Below are positions 9,798 to 19,027 of a stretch of 64,000 nt of DNA, piece after piece. The translations under genes were made by a program, and so were the position numbers. Each line of letters begins with the position of its first letter. Position 1 is the first letter of the stretch. The DNA is from Flavobacterium sp. GTDB lineage: Bacteria > Bacteroidota > Bacteroidia > Flavobacteriales > Flavobacteriaceae. A model generated the notes under the pieces. The model saw nothing but the letters and a program-made list of their open reading frames with translations. It was not told the origin of the DNA and did no database searches. The stretch spans positions 30,409 through 94,408 of the forward strand of contig JACMLU010000029.1 of assembly GCA_014379405.1 (NCBI GenBank), given 5' to 3'.

Positions 9798-11045
9798 TTA
9801 TTGAACGTGATTAGATGGATGCTTTATTTTGCCAATCGAACCGGTTTCCATTGGAATCAATTCAAAAACCGAAGTGGGTTTCAGTCTGGGTTCCATTCGA
9901 TGCGAAACATAAATAATCGTCATGTTGGTTTCTTGAAGCAGGAGGTTGATGAGGTCGGTAACCAAAACGGAATTGTTGTCGTCGAGACCTTCGAGAGGTT
10001 CATCCAAAATAATCAAGGGCGGATGTTTTAGAACGGCACGAACAATCAAAATAACTCTTTGTTGCCCCAAAGACAATTGAAGGAACGATTTGTTTTTCAA
10101 AGCGCTCATCCCGATGACTTCCAGCCATTGTGCGGCAATTTGTTTTTGTAAAATGGTGGGTTGGATGTACAATCCGATAGAATCGAAAAATCCAGACAGA
10201 ATCATTTGTTCCAAAGTATCGTTGCGTTTGAATAAATGCGTCATCGAAGTCGAGAAAATCCCGATGTTTTTCTTGATGTCCCAAACGCTTTCGCCACTTC
10301 CTTTTTTACGTCCAAAAAGATACAATTCTTGTCCGTAACCTTTGGGGTTTTCTCCCGTAATCATGGATAAAATCGTGCTTTTTCCAGAACCGTTGGGGCC
10401 AACAAGTTGCCAAAATTCCCCTTGTTTGATCGTCCAAAAAATGGAATCTATAATGGGGTTTTCGTTGTAGCTTACCGAAATGCCATCCATTTTCACGAGG
10501 ATGTCGCTGTTGCGTTCAAAGGAATGCAAAGGTTTTGGAATTTGGCTGGTATGTGTTTTTTGGAAATTATTTACCGAAATATCGATGGGTTTTATTGTAA
10601 AAGAATCATCGGTTATCTGCGCCTTGTTTTCAATGAAAGAAAGTAAATCTTCCGAGCGGTTGACCAATTGGATGAAACCCAAAGTTTTCGATAATTGTTT
10701 CAAAGAATCCGCCAATGTTTTTCGGGAAGTTTGATCCAAATGGTCGAAAGGATTGTCCAAAATAATGTAATCTGGATTTTGGTTCAGGCAATATTTCATG
10801 TATTCCTTTTTTTGTTCGCCCGCCGAGAAACTGCGCAATTTTCGGTTGGAAGCAGCTTCAAGAGTGTCGTATTGCTCTTCTCTTTCTATAAATTGTTGAA
10901 TGGCAATATCCGAAAAAAGAATGCCTTTCAAGTTGTTGTAAACGGCCAATTCGCCAGTGCTGTTCCCGGAAAGCAAGGTTTTAATCAATTGATTTTTATT
11001 GACAAAATCAGATAAAAGGAGATTCCAATGGGGTTTGTTGTTCAT
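9798..11045 (-). CDS. ModF-like ABC ATP-binding protein (degenerate first NBD)
   Basis: GPNGSGKST, LSLGQQR, ILDEP; first half retains SAGEQKK/ILDNP. Confidence 0.85.
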   Translation of the reverse strand: MNNKPHWNLLLSDFVNKNQLIKTLLSGNSTGELAVYNNLKGILFSDIAIQQFIEREEQYDTLEAASNRKLRSFSAGEQKKEYMKYCLNQNPDYIILDNPFDHLDQTSRKTLADSLKQLSKTLGFIQLVNRSEDLLSFIENKAQITDDSFTIKPIDISVNNFQKTHTSQIPKPLHSFERNSDILVKMDGISVSYNENPIIDSIFWTIKQGEFWQLVGPNGSGKSTILSMITGENPKGYGQELYLFGRKKGSGESVWDIKKNIGIFSTSMTHLFKRNDTLEQMILSGFFDSIGLYIQPTILQKQIAAQWLEVIGMSALKNKSFLQLSLGQQRVILIVRAVLKHPPLIILDEPLEGLDDNNSVLVTDLINLLLQETNMTIIYVSHRMEPRLKPTSVFELIPMETGSIGKIKHPSNHVQ

Positions 11046-11087
11046 TGTAAAAGGGATGACTTATATGTAGAAATAATGCTTTTTTGA

Positions 11088-11118
<31 letters not shown>

Positions 11119-11128
11119 TTGCTTTGAT

Positions 11129-11280
11129 GTTCCGTTAGGAACTAAATATTGGTAGCAAAAAGTTTGGGTTGTTTATTTTGTCCCGTTAGGGACTACACGT
11201 TTGCCCAGAATTGTATAGTCCCTGACGGGACAAATCCCAAATACAAATATATTGCTACCGATATGAAATCCCTACGGGAT
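11129..11280. repeat. REPIN-like unit 1 (A> B> <B <A, four hairpins)
   Basis: Hairpins GTTCC-GTTA-GGAAC 11129, GTCCC-GTTA-GGGAC 11180, GTCCC-TGAC-GGGAC 11218, ATCCC-TAC-GGGAT 11268; outer pair carry GGTAG/CTACC tails. Confidence 0.9.
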
Positions 11281-11287
11281 ATGATTT

Positions 11288-11749
11288 TTAAACTAAATCT
11301 TTGAAAATAAATTTTTCATCATAATCAATTTCAAATTTATCAAGGAATTCAATATATTCTTCTCTAAAGGTTCTTTTTTTATGATGAATTTCTTGATTTT
11401 GGATATATTCAATTACTGTGTTAAGTTGTGATTTGCTATAGGAAAATGCTCCATACCCTTCTTGCCATTCAAAATGTCCGTTAGTCAATTTGTTTTCATT
11501 TATCCATAAAGAAGAACCTTGTTTGACATCTTTCATTAAATCCGAAATAGATTGTGACGGTCTAATTCCAATTAAAATATGAATGTGATCCGGCATTCCA
11601 TTAATTGCCAAAAGTTTATGATTATTGTTTTGAACTATTCCCGTTATGTATTTGTATAAATTATCTTTCCAATGATTTTGAATAATTCCATTTCTAAATT
11701 TCACCGCGAAAACAAAATGAATATGGATTTGAGTATAAGTGTTTGCCAT
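11288..11749 (-). mobile_element. tnpA: IS200/IS605-superfamily Y1 HUH transposase (TnpA / RAYT-like), no tnpB
   Basis: H.VFAVK.R, HUH motif DHIH, WQEGYGAFS, catalytic-type Tyr in EYIQNQ; flanked by REP-like palindromes. Confidence 0.92.
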
Positions 11750-11825
11750 AATTTGTATAGTCCCTGACGGGGCAGCTTGGTGTGGTTAATAGTCTTTCTA
11801 CCAATATTTAGTTCCTAACGGAACA
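11741..11825. repeat. REPIN-like half unit (<B <A) overlapping the tnpA start
   Basis: GTCCCTGACGGGGC 11760-11773; 11798-11825 is the exact reverse complement of 11128-11155. Confidence 0.88.
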
Positions 11826-11911
11826 AATGGATTTTTGTAAAACTATAAATAATTTGGGTAAATGAGTGAAACCAATGTTGTTTTTTGATTGTAAATTTTA
11901 GTGATTATTTT

Positions 11912-12064
11912 ATCCCGTAGGGATTATATACTGGTAGAACAAAAAGATTCGATTTTATTTTGTCCCGTTAGGGACTACACATTTGTCCAAAATTGTATAG
12001 TCCCTAACGGGACAATTGCACTAGATACTAAAATATTTCTACCAATATTTAATCCCTACGAGAT
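11912..12064. repeat. REPIN-like unit 2 (A> B> <B <A)
   Basis: Hairpins at 11912, 11962, 12000, 12052; core 11954-12015 matches 11172-11233 at 58/62. Confidence 0.9.
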
Positions 12065-12164
12065 ATTTTGAAAATAGAATCAAATTATAATAAAATCTTT
12101 CCTAATTTTCGTTTTCGGTTTTTCAATTTGTACTTTTGAACCTTTCAAACCAGAGTCACCAATT

Positions 12165-12923
12165 ATGAAAATCGTTATATCGCCAGCCAAATCGTTAAAC
12201 TTCGAAAAAGTATTGCCAACCGCAAAACATTCAGAACCGCATTTTCTAAAAGAGTCTCGCCAAGTTCACAAAGTTTTGAAGCAAAAATCTCCCAAAGACC
12301 TTTCGGAATTAATGGATATTTCGGATAAACTGGCTGATTTAAATTGGCAACGCAACAAGGAATGGAAAACGCCTTTTACTCCCGAAAATTCTCGTCCCGC
12401 CGTTTTTACATTCGATGGCGATGTTTACACGGGTTTGGATGCCTATTCGATTCCAATGGAAAAACTGGACGTTTTGCAAGAGCGTTTGCGAATCTTGTCG
12501 GGTTTGTACGGACTCTTGAAACCATTGGATTTGATGCAAGCTTACAGATTGGAAATGGGAACCAAATTACCCATTGGCGAAAGCAAAAATCTGTATGAAT
12601 TTTGGAAACCCATAATTGCCAAAGCATTAAACAAGGAACTTAAAAAAGGGGAGTTGTTTGTGAATTTGGCAAGTAACGAATATTTCTCGGCTGTGGATGT
12701 CAAAGCATTGAAAGTTCCTGTAATCACACCAGAATTCAAAGATTACAAAGATGGTAAGCTAAAGATAATCAGTTTTTTTGCCAAGAAAGCGAGAGGTTTG
12801 ATGGTGCGTTACATCATTGACACCAATGCTGAAACAGTTGACGATTTGAAAGGTTTCAACTATGAAGGCTATCAATTTGACTCCAATTTATCGAAAGGAA
12901 ATCATTTGGTTTTTACGAGATAG
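12165..12923 (+). CDS. yaaA: Peroxide stress protein YaaA (DUF328)
   Basis: ISPAKSL, F.GDVY, ILSGLYGLLKPLD, YRLEMG, NLASNEY, AKKARG. Confidence 0.95.
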   Translation: MKIVISPAKSLNFEKVLPTAKHSEPHFLKESRQVHKVLKQKSPKDLSELMDISDKLADLNWQRNKEWKTPFTPENSRPAVFTFDGDVYTGLDAYSIPMEKLDVLQERLRILSGLYGLLKPLDLMQAYRLEMGTKLPIGESKNLYEFWKPIIAKALNKELKKGELFVNLASNEYFSAVDVKALKVPVITPEFKDYKDGKLKIISFFAKKARGLMVRYIIDTNAETVDDLKGFNYEGYQFDSNLSKGNHLVFTR

Positions 12924-12973
12924 ATTCCAGCTAGCAAATTTCAGATTTCAGATCGAGAATATTAAACTTATAT

Positions 12974-13029
12974 GTAGCAAAAAAACGAAAATGTCTTGAT
13001 TTCTCATTACGTTTTCGTTTTTTTGCTAC
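12974..13029. terminator. Long bidirectional terminator-like inverted repeat
   Basis: gtagcaaaaaaacgaaaatgt ... acgttttcgtttttttgctac between convergent yaaA and MFS genes. Confidence 0.7.
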
Positions 13030-13061
13030 CTGCTACCTGCTACCTGCTACCTGCTACCTGC
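13024..13061. repeat. (TGCTACC)5 heptamer tandem repeat
   Basis: Five perfect copies plus TGC. Confidence 0.95.
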
Positions 13062-13064
13062 ATT

Positions 13065-14651
13065 CTAATGCATCGCATCAGCAGGATCAATTTTGTTTTT
13101 TCCTTTTTTAATCATAAGAATGAAAGGAATACAAAGCAAAAACAGGATTCCTAAATACATAAAAATATCCATATACGTCAATACAGAGCTTTGCACCATA
13201 ACTTTAAACTCAATGGCTTTATAGGCTTTTGCCAAAGCTTCGTTGAAACTAAATCCTTTAGCCATAAATCCTTGTTGCATTCTTTGTACCGTTTGTTGCA
13301 CTTGAAAAGAAGTTTGATCCAAATGTGAAATCAAATTCACACGATGTTGCTGATTGAATATTGCCATAAAAGTCGTGATAATGGCAATTCCAAACGAACC
13401 TCCCAATTGTCGCATCATACCTGTAAAAGCAGCACCTTCGCCAATATGTTTCCCTTTGAGTGTAGACAAGGACAATGTTGTTATAGGTACAAATAGCAAT
13501 CCTAATCCAACACCTCTCAAAATCAATGGCCAAAACATTTGATCGGCACTGGTGTCCGGCGTGATGATGTTGTGCATCCAAAAAGTAAAAAAGAAAAAGA
13601 TCAAGAATCCCACTGCTACCATATAGGACTGAGGTACGCCTCTTTGAATCATTTTTCCAATAAAAGGCATCATAATTCCAGTTGTAATTGAACTCGGAAT
13701 CAATAATAAACCAGCATCAGTGGCACTCCAACCCAAAACCGATTGTGTGTAAATAGGTACAATAAAAGTCGATCCGTACAATCCAAATCCCATAATGAAA
13801 CTCATAATGGTTCCAACTCTTAAATTAGTGTCTTTTAGTACTTTTAAGTTGACAATTGGATGCTTATAAGTGAGTTCTCTTTGTATGAAAAGCAATAAAC
13901 CGAATACCGAAAACACACTTAAAGTCGTAATTAAGCTATCGCTAAACCAGTCGTCTTGTTGTCCGTGTTCCAAGACAAATTGCAAAGAACCGATGAAAGA
14001 AGCCAAAAAAACTATTCCCCACCAATCAACTTGATTGGCTTTGAGTTTGTCGCCATATTTTGGACTTTTAACAAACATCATCGTAAGAATCGCTGCAATA
14101 ATTCCAATTGGAATGTTGATGTAAAATATATAAGGCCAAGAAAAATGATCCACGATATAACCTCCCAAAGGTGGCCCAAGCGTTGGTCCTACAATAACTC
14201 CCATTCCGTAAATGGCCTGTGCCATTCCTCTTTTGGCTGCGGGATAACTTTCGGTAATGATGGTTTGTGCTGTTACTAGTAAAGCTCCTCCGCCAAGTCC
14301 TTGAATAAATCTGAAGGCAACGAGTTCCCAAATATTATCTGCGTTACCACATAAAAAAGAGGCCACAGTAAATATAATAATGGAGGCGGCAAAATAATTA
14401 CGTCGTCCAAATTGTTGCGAAAGCCAACTCGTCATCGGAATCACGATTACGTTCGCAATGGCATAAGCGGTAATTACCCAGGCAATATCCGTAAGCGTGG
14501 CGCCAAGACTACCTCGCATATTGTTCAAAGCCACGTTTACAATCGTGGTATCCACAATTTCCAGCAAGGCACAAAGGACGGCAGTTATGGTAATAATAAC
14601 CCTCCTAAAACCATACTCTACTAAATCATCTTCTGCTCCTGTTTGTACCAT
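13065..14651 (-). CDS. DHA2/EmrB-family MFS efflux transporter
   Basis: LEIVDTTIVNVAL, WLSQQFGRR, GPTLGPPLGG, WPYIFYINIPIG. Confidence 0.93.
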   Translation of the reverse strand: MVQTGAEDDLVEYGFRRVIITITAVLCALLEIVDTTIVNVALNNMRGSLGATLTDIAWVITAYAIANVIVIPMTSWLSQQFGRRNYFAASIIIFTVASFLCGNADNIWELVAFRFIQGLGGGALLVTAQTIITESYPAAKRGMAQAIYGMGVIVGPTLGPPLGGYIVDHFSWPYIFYINIPIGIIAAILTMMFVKSPKYGDKLKANQVDWWGIVFLASFIGSLQFVLEHGQQDDWFSDSLITTLSVFSVFGLLLFIQRELTYKHPIVNLKVLKDTNLRVGTIMSFIMGFGLYGSTFIVPIYTQSVLGWSATDAGLLLIPSSITTGIMMPFIGKMIQRGVPQSYMVAVGFLIFFFFTFWMHNIITPDTSADQMFWPLILRGVGLGLLFVPITTLSLSTLKGKHIGEGAAFTGMMRQLGGSFGIAIITTFMAIFNQQHRVNLISHLDQTSFQVQQTVQRMQQGFMAKGFSFNEALAKAYKAIEFKVMVQSSVLTYMDIFMYLGILFLLCIPFILMIKKGKNKIDPADAMH

Positions 14652-14697
14652 TTTGCATTAAGTATAAATTGTAATTTCTTAAAAAAAAATGGTCGTG

Positions 14698-15777
14698 TTA
14701 ATTCAAATGAACATCTACATCCACATTCATTCCCGGACGTAGTAATTTTATTTTTTCGGCATCGTTAGACGTATTCAAGCTTATTTTTACAGGCAATCTT
14801 TGAATCGTTTTTACGAAGTTTCCTGTCGCATTATCTGGAGGTAACAAAGAGAATTTAGATCCTGTTGCAGGAGAAAAGGAGGTAATTGTTCCTTCAAAAT
14901 CATAATGAGGATAAGCATCTACTTTTAGCGTTACGTGTTGTCCAATAATCATTTTGTTCAATTGCGTTTCCTTGAAATTAGCAATTACCCATGCTGTGGA
15001 GTTGTTGATGATGTAAAACAAAGATTGTCCTGGTTGCACCAATTGTCCCGGTTGGATGTCAATTTTCGAAACTTGTCCATCAATCGCTGCCGTGATAACA
15101 GTGTAAGATAAATTCAGTTTTGCGGAATCAAGTTGGGCTTTGGCTCTTTTGATATTGGCAGCAGCCACTTCTGTTTGTTTGTTCGAAACATTCGATTTTG
15201 CTACTATGGCTGATTTTTGATAAGAGCTTGCTTTTTGTTGTTGTTGCAAAATACGAACCTGATTTTCAGCTTCTTGTTTGGCTGTCAATGCTTGTTCGTA
15301 TTGTTGTTTGGTAATGGTGTGATTTTTATACAAATTATTGTATCTGTTGTAATCATTGGTTACTTGATTTAACCTGATTTTTGCCGATTCAATATTTCCA
15401 CCTGCTGATTGCACGTTGGCATCAGAAACTGAAATACTTGCCATAGCGCTTCCAATATCTGCTTTGGCTACTTCATAACTTCCTTCGGCTCCTGCCAATG
15501 CTGCGTTTGCATCTTCAATTTTTAATTGATAATCGCGAGTGTCGATGGTAAATAGAGTATCGCCTTTCTTTACGAAATCATTGTCCTTGATGTACACTTT
15601 GCTCACATATCCAGAAACTTTGGGAATTATTGGATTCATATTTTTCTCGATTTGAGCGTCATCGGTATGTTCGTGAGATAAAGAATGCAGGTATTTATAT
15701 GTTCCATAAGTACCACCCACTAGGATTAATACGGCAAATATGATGATGAATTTTTTATTGGTTTTTTTCTTTTCCAT
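14698..15777 (-). CDS. EmrA/HlyD-family membrane fusion protein
   Basis: TDDAQI, ANFKETQL, PATGSKFSLLPPDNATGNFVK. Confidence 0.93.
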   Translation of the reverse strand: MEKKKTNKKFIIIFAVLILVGGTYGTYKYLHSLSHEHTDDAQIEKNMNPIIPKVSGYVSKVYIKDNDFVKKGDTLFTIDTRDYQLKIEDANAALAGAEGSYEVAKADIGSAMASISVSDANVQSAGGNIESAKIRLNQVTNDYNRYNNLYKNHTITKQQYEQALTAKQEAENQVRILQQQQKASSYQKSAIVAKSNVSNKQTEVAAANIKRAKAQLDSAKLNLSYTVITAAIDGQVSKIDIQPGQLVQPGQSLFYIINNSTAWVIANFKETQLNKMIIGQHVTLKVDAYPHYDFEGTITSFSPATGSKFSLLPPDNATGNFVKTIQRLPVKISLNTSNDAEKIKLLRPGMNVDVDVHLN

Positions 15778-15794
15778 AAGAAGTGTTGATTATA

Positions 15795-17132
15795 TTAGTT
15801 TTTTGTCCCGATAGCTATCGGGAGATTGAAAGTTTGTGATAATTGTCCTGTCGTCGAAAGTAATTCGTAATATTTTTGAATGATGGTTGCTTTTGATAAC
15901 GCTGTATTTATTTTTGCAGAAAGATTTTCAACATCTGCATCTACTAAATCATTAGTGTCCGATAAACCATTGTCAAATTTATCTTTTACAATTCGGTAGT
16001 TTTCAGAAGTTTGTTGAACAGCTTCGTTATAAACTATATTTTGGTTGATGGCTAAATCATAATCTTCAATGGCTTTTTGAACTTCTACTTTAATACGGTC
16101 TGTTAGGATAGCTTCGGTATTTTTGACTTCCAATGCTTTGCTTTCTGCTACTTTTACGTGGGCTTTATTTTTTAGAATTCCTCCTAGGTCATACGATACA
16201 CCAACTCCAAAATTCATGGCATATTTTACGGTAACAATATCTTTTAAATCCAAAGCTGTATAACCGCCTAATAATGAAATCGAAGGATAATAGGCAGCTT
16301 TTGCTATTTTGATATTAGCTTCGTTGGCTTTTTGTTGAAAATGAATGGCTTCTAAATCTTTTCTGTTTTCTAATGCTGGTGCATCCGATTTTGGTGTATT
16401 TTCCGTTTTTAAAGTGAAGAAATCACTTTCGTTAACGGTTAGTTTCGTGCCAGGATTCAATTTCAATAAAGTCGTTAAATAAAAATTAATATTATTCAGA
16501 TTGTTATTGGCTTCATCAATAGATAATTGGGTTCTTGAAACCAACAATTGTGCTTTCAATAAATCATTTCTCGGAATAATCCCATTTTTCTCTAATTCAA
16601 TAAAATCAGTTACACGCTGTTGGGCACTTTTTTGATTTTCCTTTAAAAGATCTAATGTTTTTTGAGCCTTATACAAAGCAGTGTAATAATTAACCACTCG
16701 CATTGTAATATCTTCTTTTGTCTTAGCAGCATTAGCATTTTCTGCTTGATATAAATTATCCGATAATTTAATACTATTCTGAATTTTGAATCCTGAGAAT
16801 ATAGGTAAACTTGCAGTTGCCTGAGCCAGTATCAATTGGTCTGGAGCGGGAAGTGGCGCTGCATCGGGATCGGCATTTGCCATTTCAACAGAAGCTTTTG
16901 TCAAACGCTGGTATTGTCCAGATACTTTAAAATCGGGATATTGATTGTTTTTTACCGTTTGCAATTCGTATTTTTTTGTGTTTACCTTAGTGTCTGCAAG
17001 CGTAACTTCGTTGCTTTTTGTCCAAGCCAGCTTAACGGCTTCGTCTAGGGTCAAACTTATTTTCTCTTGAGCTGTTACTGATGCTATTCCAATTATAGAA
17101 ATTCCAAAGAGTAATAATTGTCTAATTTTCAT
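15795..17132 (-). CDS. TolC-family outer membrane efflux protein
   Basis: Signal peptide, two OEP repeats (NQYPDF, AAYYPSI), operon context. Confidence 0.9.
   Translation of the reverse strand: MKIRQLLLFGISIIGIASVTAQEKISLTLDEAVKLAWTKSNEVTLADTKVNTKKYELQTVKNNQYPDFKVSGQYQRLTKASVEMANADPDAAPLPAPDQLILAQATASLPIFSGFKIQNSIKLSDNLYQAENANAAKTKEDITMRVVNYYTALYKAQKTLDLLKENQKSAQQRVTDFIELEKNGIIPRNDLLKAQLLVSRTQLSIDEANNNLNNINFYLTTLLKLNPGTKLTVNESDFFTLKTENTPKSDAPALENRKDLEAIHFQQKANEANIKIAKAAYYPSISLLGGYTALDLKDIVTVKYAMNFGVGVSYDLGGILKNKAHVKVAESKALEVKNTEAILTDRIKVEVQKAIEDYDLAINQNIVYNEAVQQTSENYRIVKDKFDNGLSDTNDLVDADVENLSAKINTALSKATIIQKYYELLSTTGQLSQTFNLPIAIGTKN
15806..15823. repeat. 18-bp perfect palindrome TCCCGATAGCTATCGGGA inside the tolC 3' end
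   Basis: Self-complementary; same 14-bp core CCGATAGCTATCGG at 37377-37390. Confidence 0.85.
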
Positions 17133-17226
17133 TTATGTAGATTTTATTTATAGCGGTCATATATAGTATCACCTTTTTATTTATTGGAGTTTGCTTTGGC
17201 AAACTAGCCTTTAGTGTTGATTTCAT
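17122..17226 (-). CDS. Possible 34-aa bridging ORF between tetR and tolC
   Basis: ATG..TAG open frame MKSTLKASLPKQTPINKKVILYMTAINKIYINEN overlapping both neighbours. Confidence 0.3.
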   Translation of the reverse strand: MKSTLKASLPKQTPINKKVILYMTAINKIYINEN

Positions 17227-17842
17227 ATATCAAAAGCGCTTTAATGGTTTGCTGAATGTGTTTTGTTAAATCGTTTTTTATGTAATTGTTGAATGATTCT
17301 TCCGATTTCAAATTTAAAATGTCTTCAAAAAAAGGTTTGTTCATCTGAAAATGAAAATAAGTTCCCAAAATGGTTGGTGTTATCAAAGGGATAATGACGT
17401 CTTTCCTGAAAACCCCTTTGGCTTGACCTTCTTGAATGATTAGTTCCAATGATTTTAAGTTTGACTTTTTTATATCTGAAAAAGACTCCAATTCCAAAGC
17501 CTTCTTTTTTGATGCCAATTCAAAATGTAAGATGCGGTAAATTCCCCTGTTGCAATTGAGTCGATTGATGTAAAGATCAATCAGCTTGTTTATTTTTTCA
17601 ATAGGTTCAAGATTCTCTTCAATCAAATTGATTAGTTGCTCTTTCAATCCTGAAGTTTTAAATAAGACCAAAGATTCCAGTAATTTTTCTTTGCTACCAA
17701 AATAGTACGAAACCATTGCGACGTTTATCTTCGCCTCTTTTGAAATATCCCGAATCGAAGTGCCGTCAAAACCTTTCTCGGCAAATAGCGTTTCTGCTAC
17801 TTTTAAAATTTGGATTTGTTTGTCGTTTAAATCGTTTTCCAC
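17204..17842 (-). CDS. TetR/AcrR-family transcriptional regulator
   Basis: IL..AE.LFAEKGFDGTSIRDISKEA.INVAMVSYYFGSKE; GTG start. Confidence 0.93.
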   Translation of the reverse strand: MENDLNDKQIQILKVAETLFAEKGFDGTSIRDISKEAKINVAMVSYYFGSKEKLLESLVLFKTSGLKEQLINLIEENLEPIEKINKLIDLYINRLNCNRGIYRILHFELASKKKALELESFSDIKKSNLKSLELIIQEGQAKGVFRKDVIIPLITPTILGTYFHFQMNKPFFEDILNLKSEESFNNYIKNDLTKHIQQTIKALLIYEINTKG

Positions 17843-17863
17843 TGTTTTTTGATTTTAAAAGCG

Positions 17864-17902
17864 CAAAATTAAACAACTGTTTAATTAAACAACTGTTTAA
17901 TT
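17864..17902 (-). promoter_or_regulatory. Tandem palindromic TetR operator overlapping a TAnnTTTG promoter
   Basis: AATTAAACA-AC-TGTTTAATT at 17867-17886 and 17883-17902; minus-strand TAATTTTG at 17864-17871. Confidence 0.75.
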
Positions 17903-18063
17903 TTCGTTTAACGTTTTTTTAACATTTAAAAAAGGATGATTTTTATTGGCGAAAAGAAGAAAAAATTATTTTTTGTCTTGAAATTTATGGTGTAAATTAG
18001 GAAATAGTTTTAGTAAAGCCAAACTAATATTATATTTGTTGCCATAAACAAATACTTAAAAAG

Positions 18064-18942
18064 ATGAAAAAAATATCTATATTTTTAGTGGTGATAGTAT
18101 CCATTTTTGGTTTTTCAAATGTCAATGCGCAGATTAATTTTGGAGAAAAAGCCTTGGGCGCTGTTCAAAAAGGAGTGACAGGTTTGACTTTTAGTGATGC
18201 ACAGGCTGCTCAATTATCAAAAGAGGCTGTAGCTAAAATGGATGCGGAACACGTAATTGCTGGTCCAACCGATCCATACACCATTCGACTAAACAAGATT
18301 TTTGGAAAATATACTAATGCTTACGGATTGGCTTTAAACTATAAAGTTTATGTTCTTAAAGAAGTAAATGCTTTCGCCACTGCTGATGGAAGTGTTCGCG
18401 TTTACACGGGATTAATGGATGTTATGGATGACAACGAATTACTTGTGGTTATTGGTCACGAAATAGGCCATGTGGTTAATCACGATTCCCGAGACGCCAT
18501 CAAAGCGGCATATCAAAAAGAAGCCTTGATAGATGGAGTTGCTTCGCAATCGGGCAAAGTGGCTGCGATAACAGACAGTCAACTGGGAAAAATTGGAAGT
18601 GTAATGATTGATAGCAAACACAGCCGAAAACAGGAATCTGAAGCCGATACATTTGCGTATGATTTTATGAAAAAAAATGGATATGACGTAAATGCCGTTG
18701 AATCTGCTTTTTCTATTTTGGCAAAAATGAGCGAAGGAACTCAAATGGATTTTTTGACTAAAATGATGAGTTCACATCCAGATTCAAAAGAAAGATCCGA
18801 AAACGCCAAGAAAAGAGCCGAGAAGGAAGGATTGTACAAAGCTTATGTACATAAAATGCCGGTTGTAGCCAAACCGAAAACGACTACCAAAACGACTACC
18901 AAAACGACTACTACGAAAACTACCTCTACTACAAAAAAATAG
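18064..18942 (+). CDS. M48-family metalloprotease (LoiP/YggG-like) with K/T-rich tail
   Basis: NAFA..DG, HEIGH, E.EAD, SSHP. Confidence 0.9.
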   Translation: MKKISIFLVVIVSIFGFSNVNAQINFGEKALGAVQKGVTGLTFSDAQAAQLSKEAVAKMDAEHVIAGPTDPYTIRLNKIFGKYTNAYGLALNYKVYVLKEVNAFATADGSVRVYTGLMDVMDDNELLVVIGHEIGHVVNHDSRDAIKAAYQKEALIDGVASQSGKVAAITDSQLGKIGSVMIDSKHSRKQESEADTFAYDFMKKNGYDVNAVESAFSILAKMSEGTQMDFLTKMMSSHPDSKERSENAKKRAEKEGLYKAYVHKMPVVAKPKTTTKTTTKTTTTKTTSTTKK

Positions 18943-18972
18943 CTATTTGATTTCAATTTGGTTTTATAAAAC

Positions 18973-19001
18973 AAAAGCAGAACTTTTCGGTTCTGCTTTT
19001 T
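18973..19001. terminator. Bidirectional intrinsic terminator
   Basis: aaaagcagaac-ttttcg-gttctgcttttt. Confidence 0.8.
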
Positions 19002-19027
19002 AATTTTATGACGGTCTGATAATTTAT

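Noticed and set aside
11129-12064. CRISPR array
   Set aside because: Repeats alternate in orientation, the spacers are themselves repeated, there are no cas genes, and a Y1 transposase explains them.
11750-12164. tnpB or omega-RNA of an IS605/OMEGA element
   Set aside because: No TnpB/IscB ORF on either side of tnpA.
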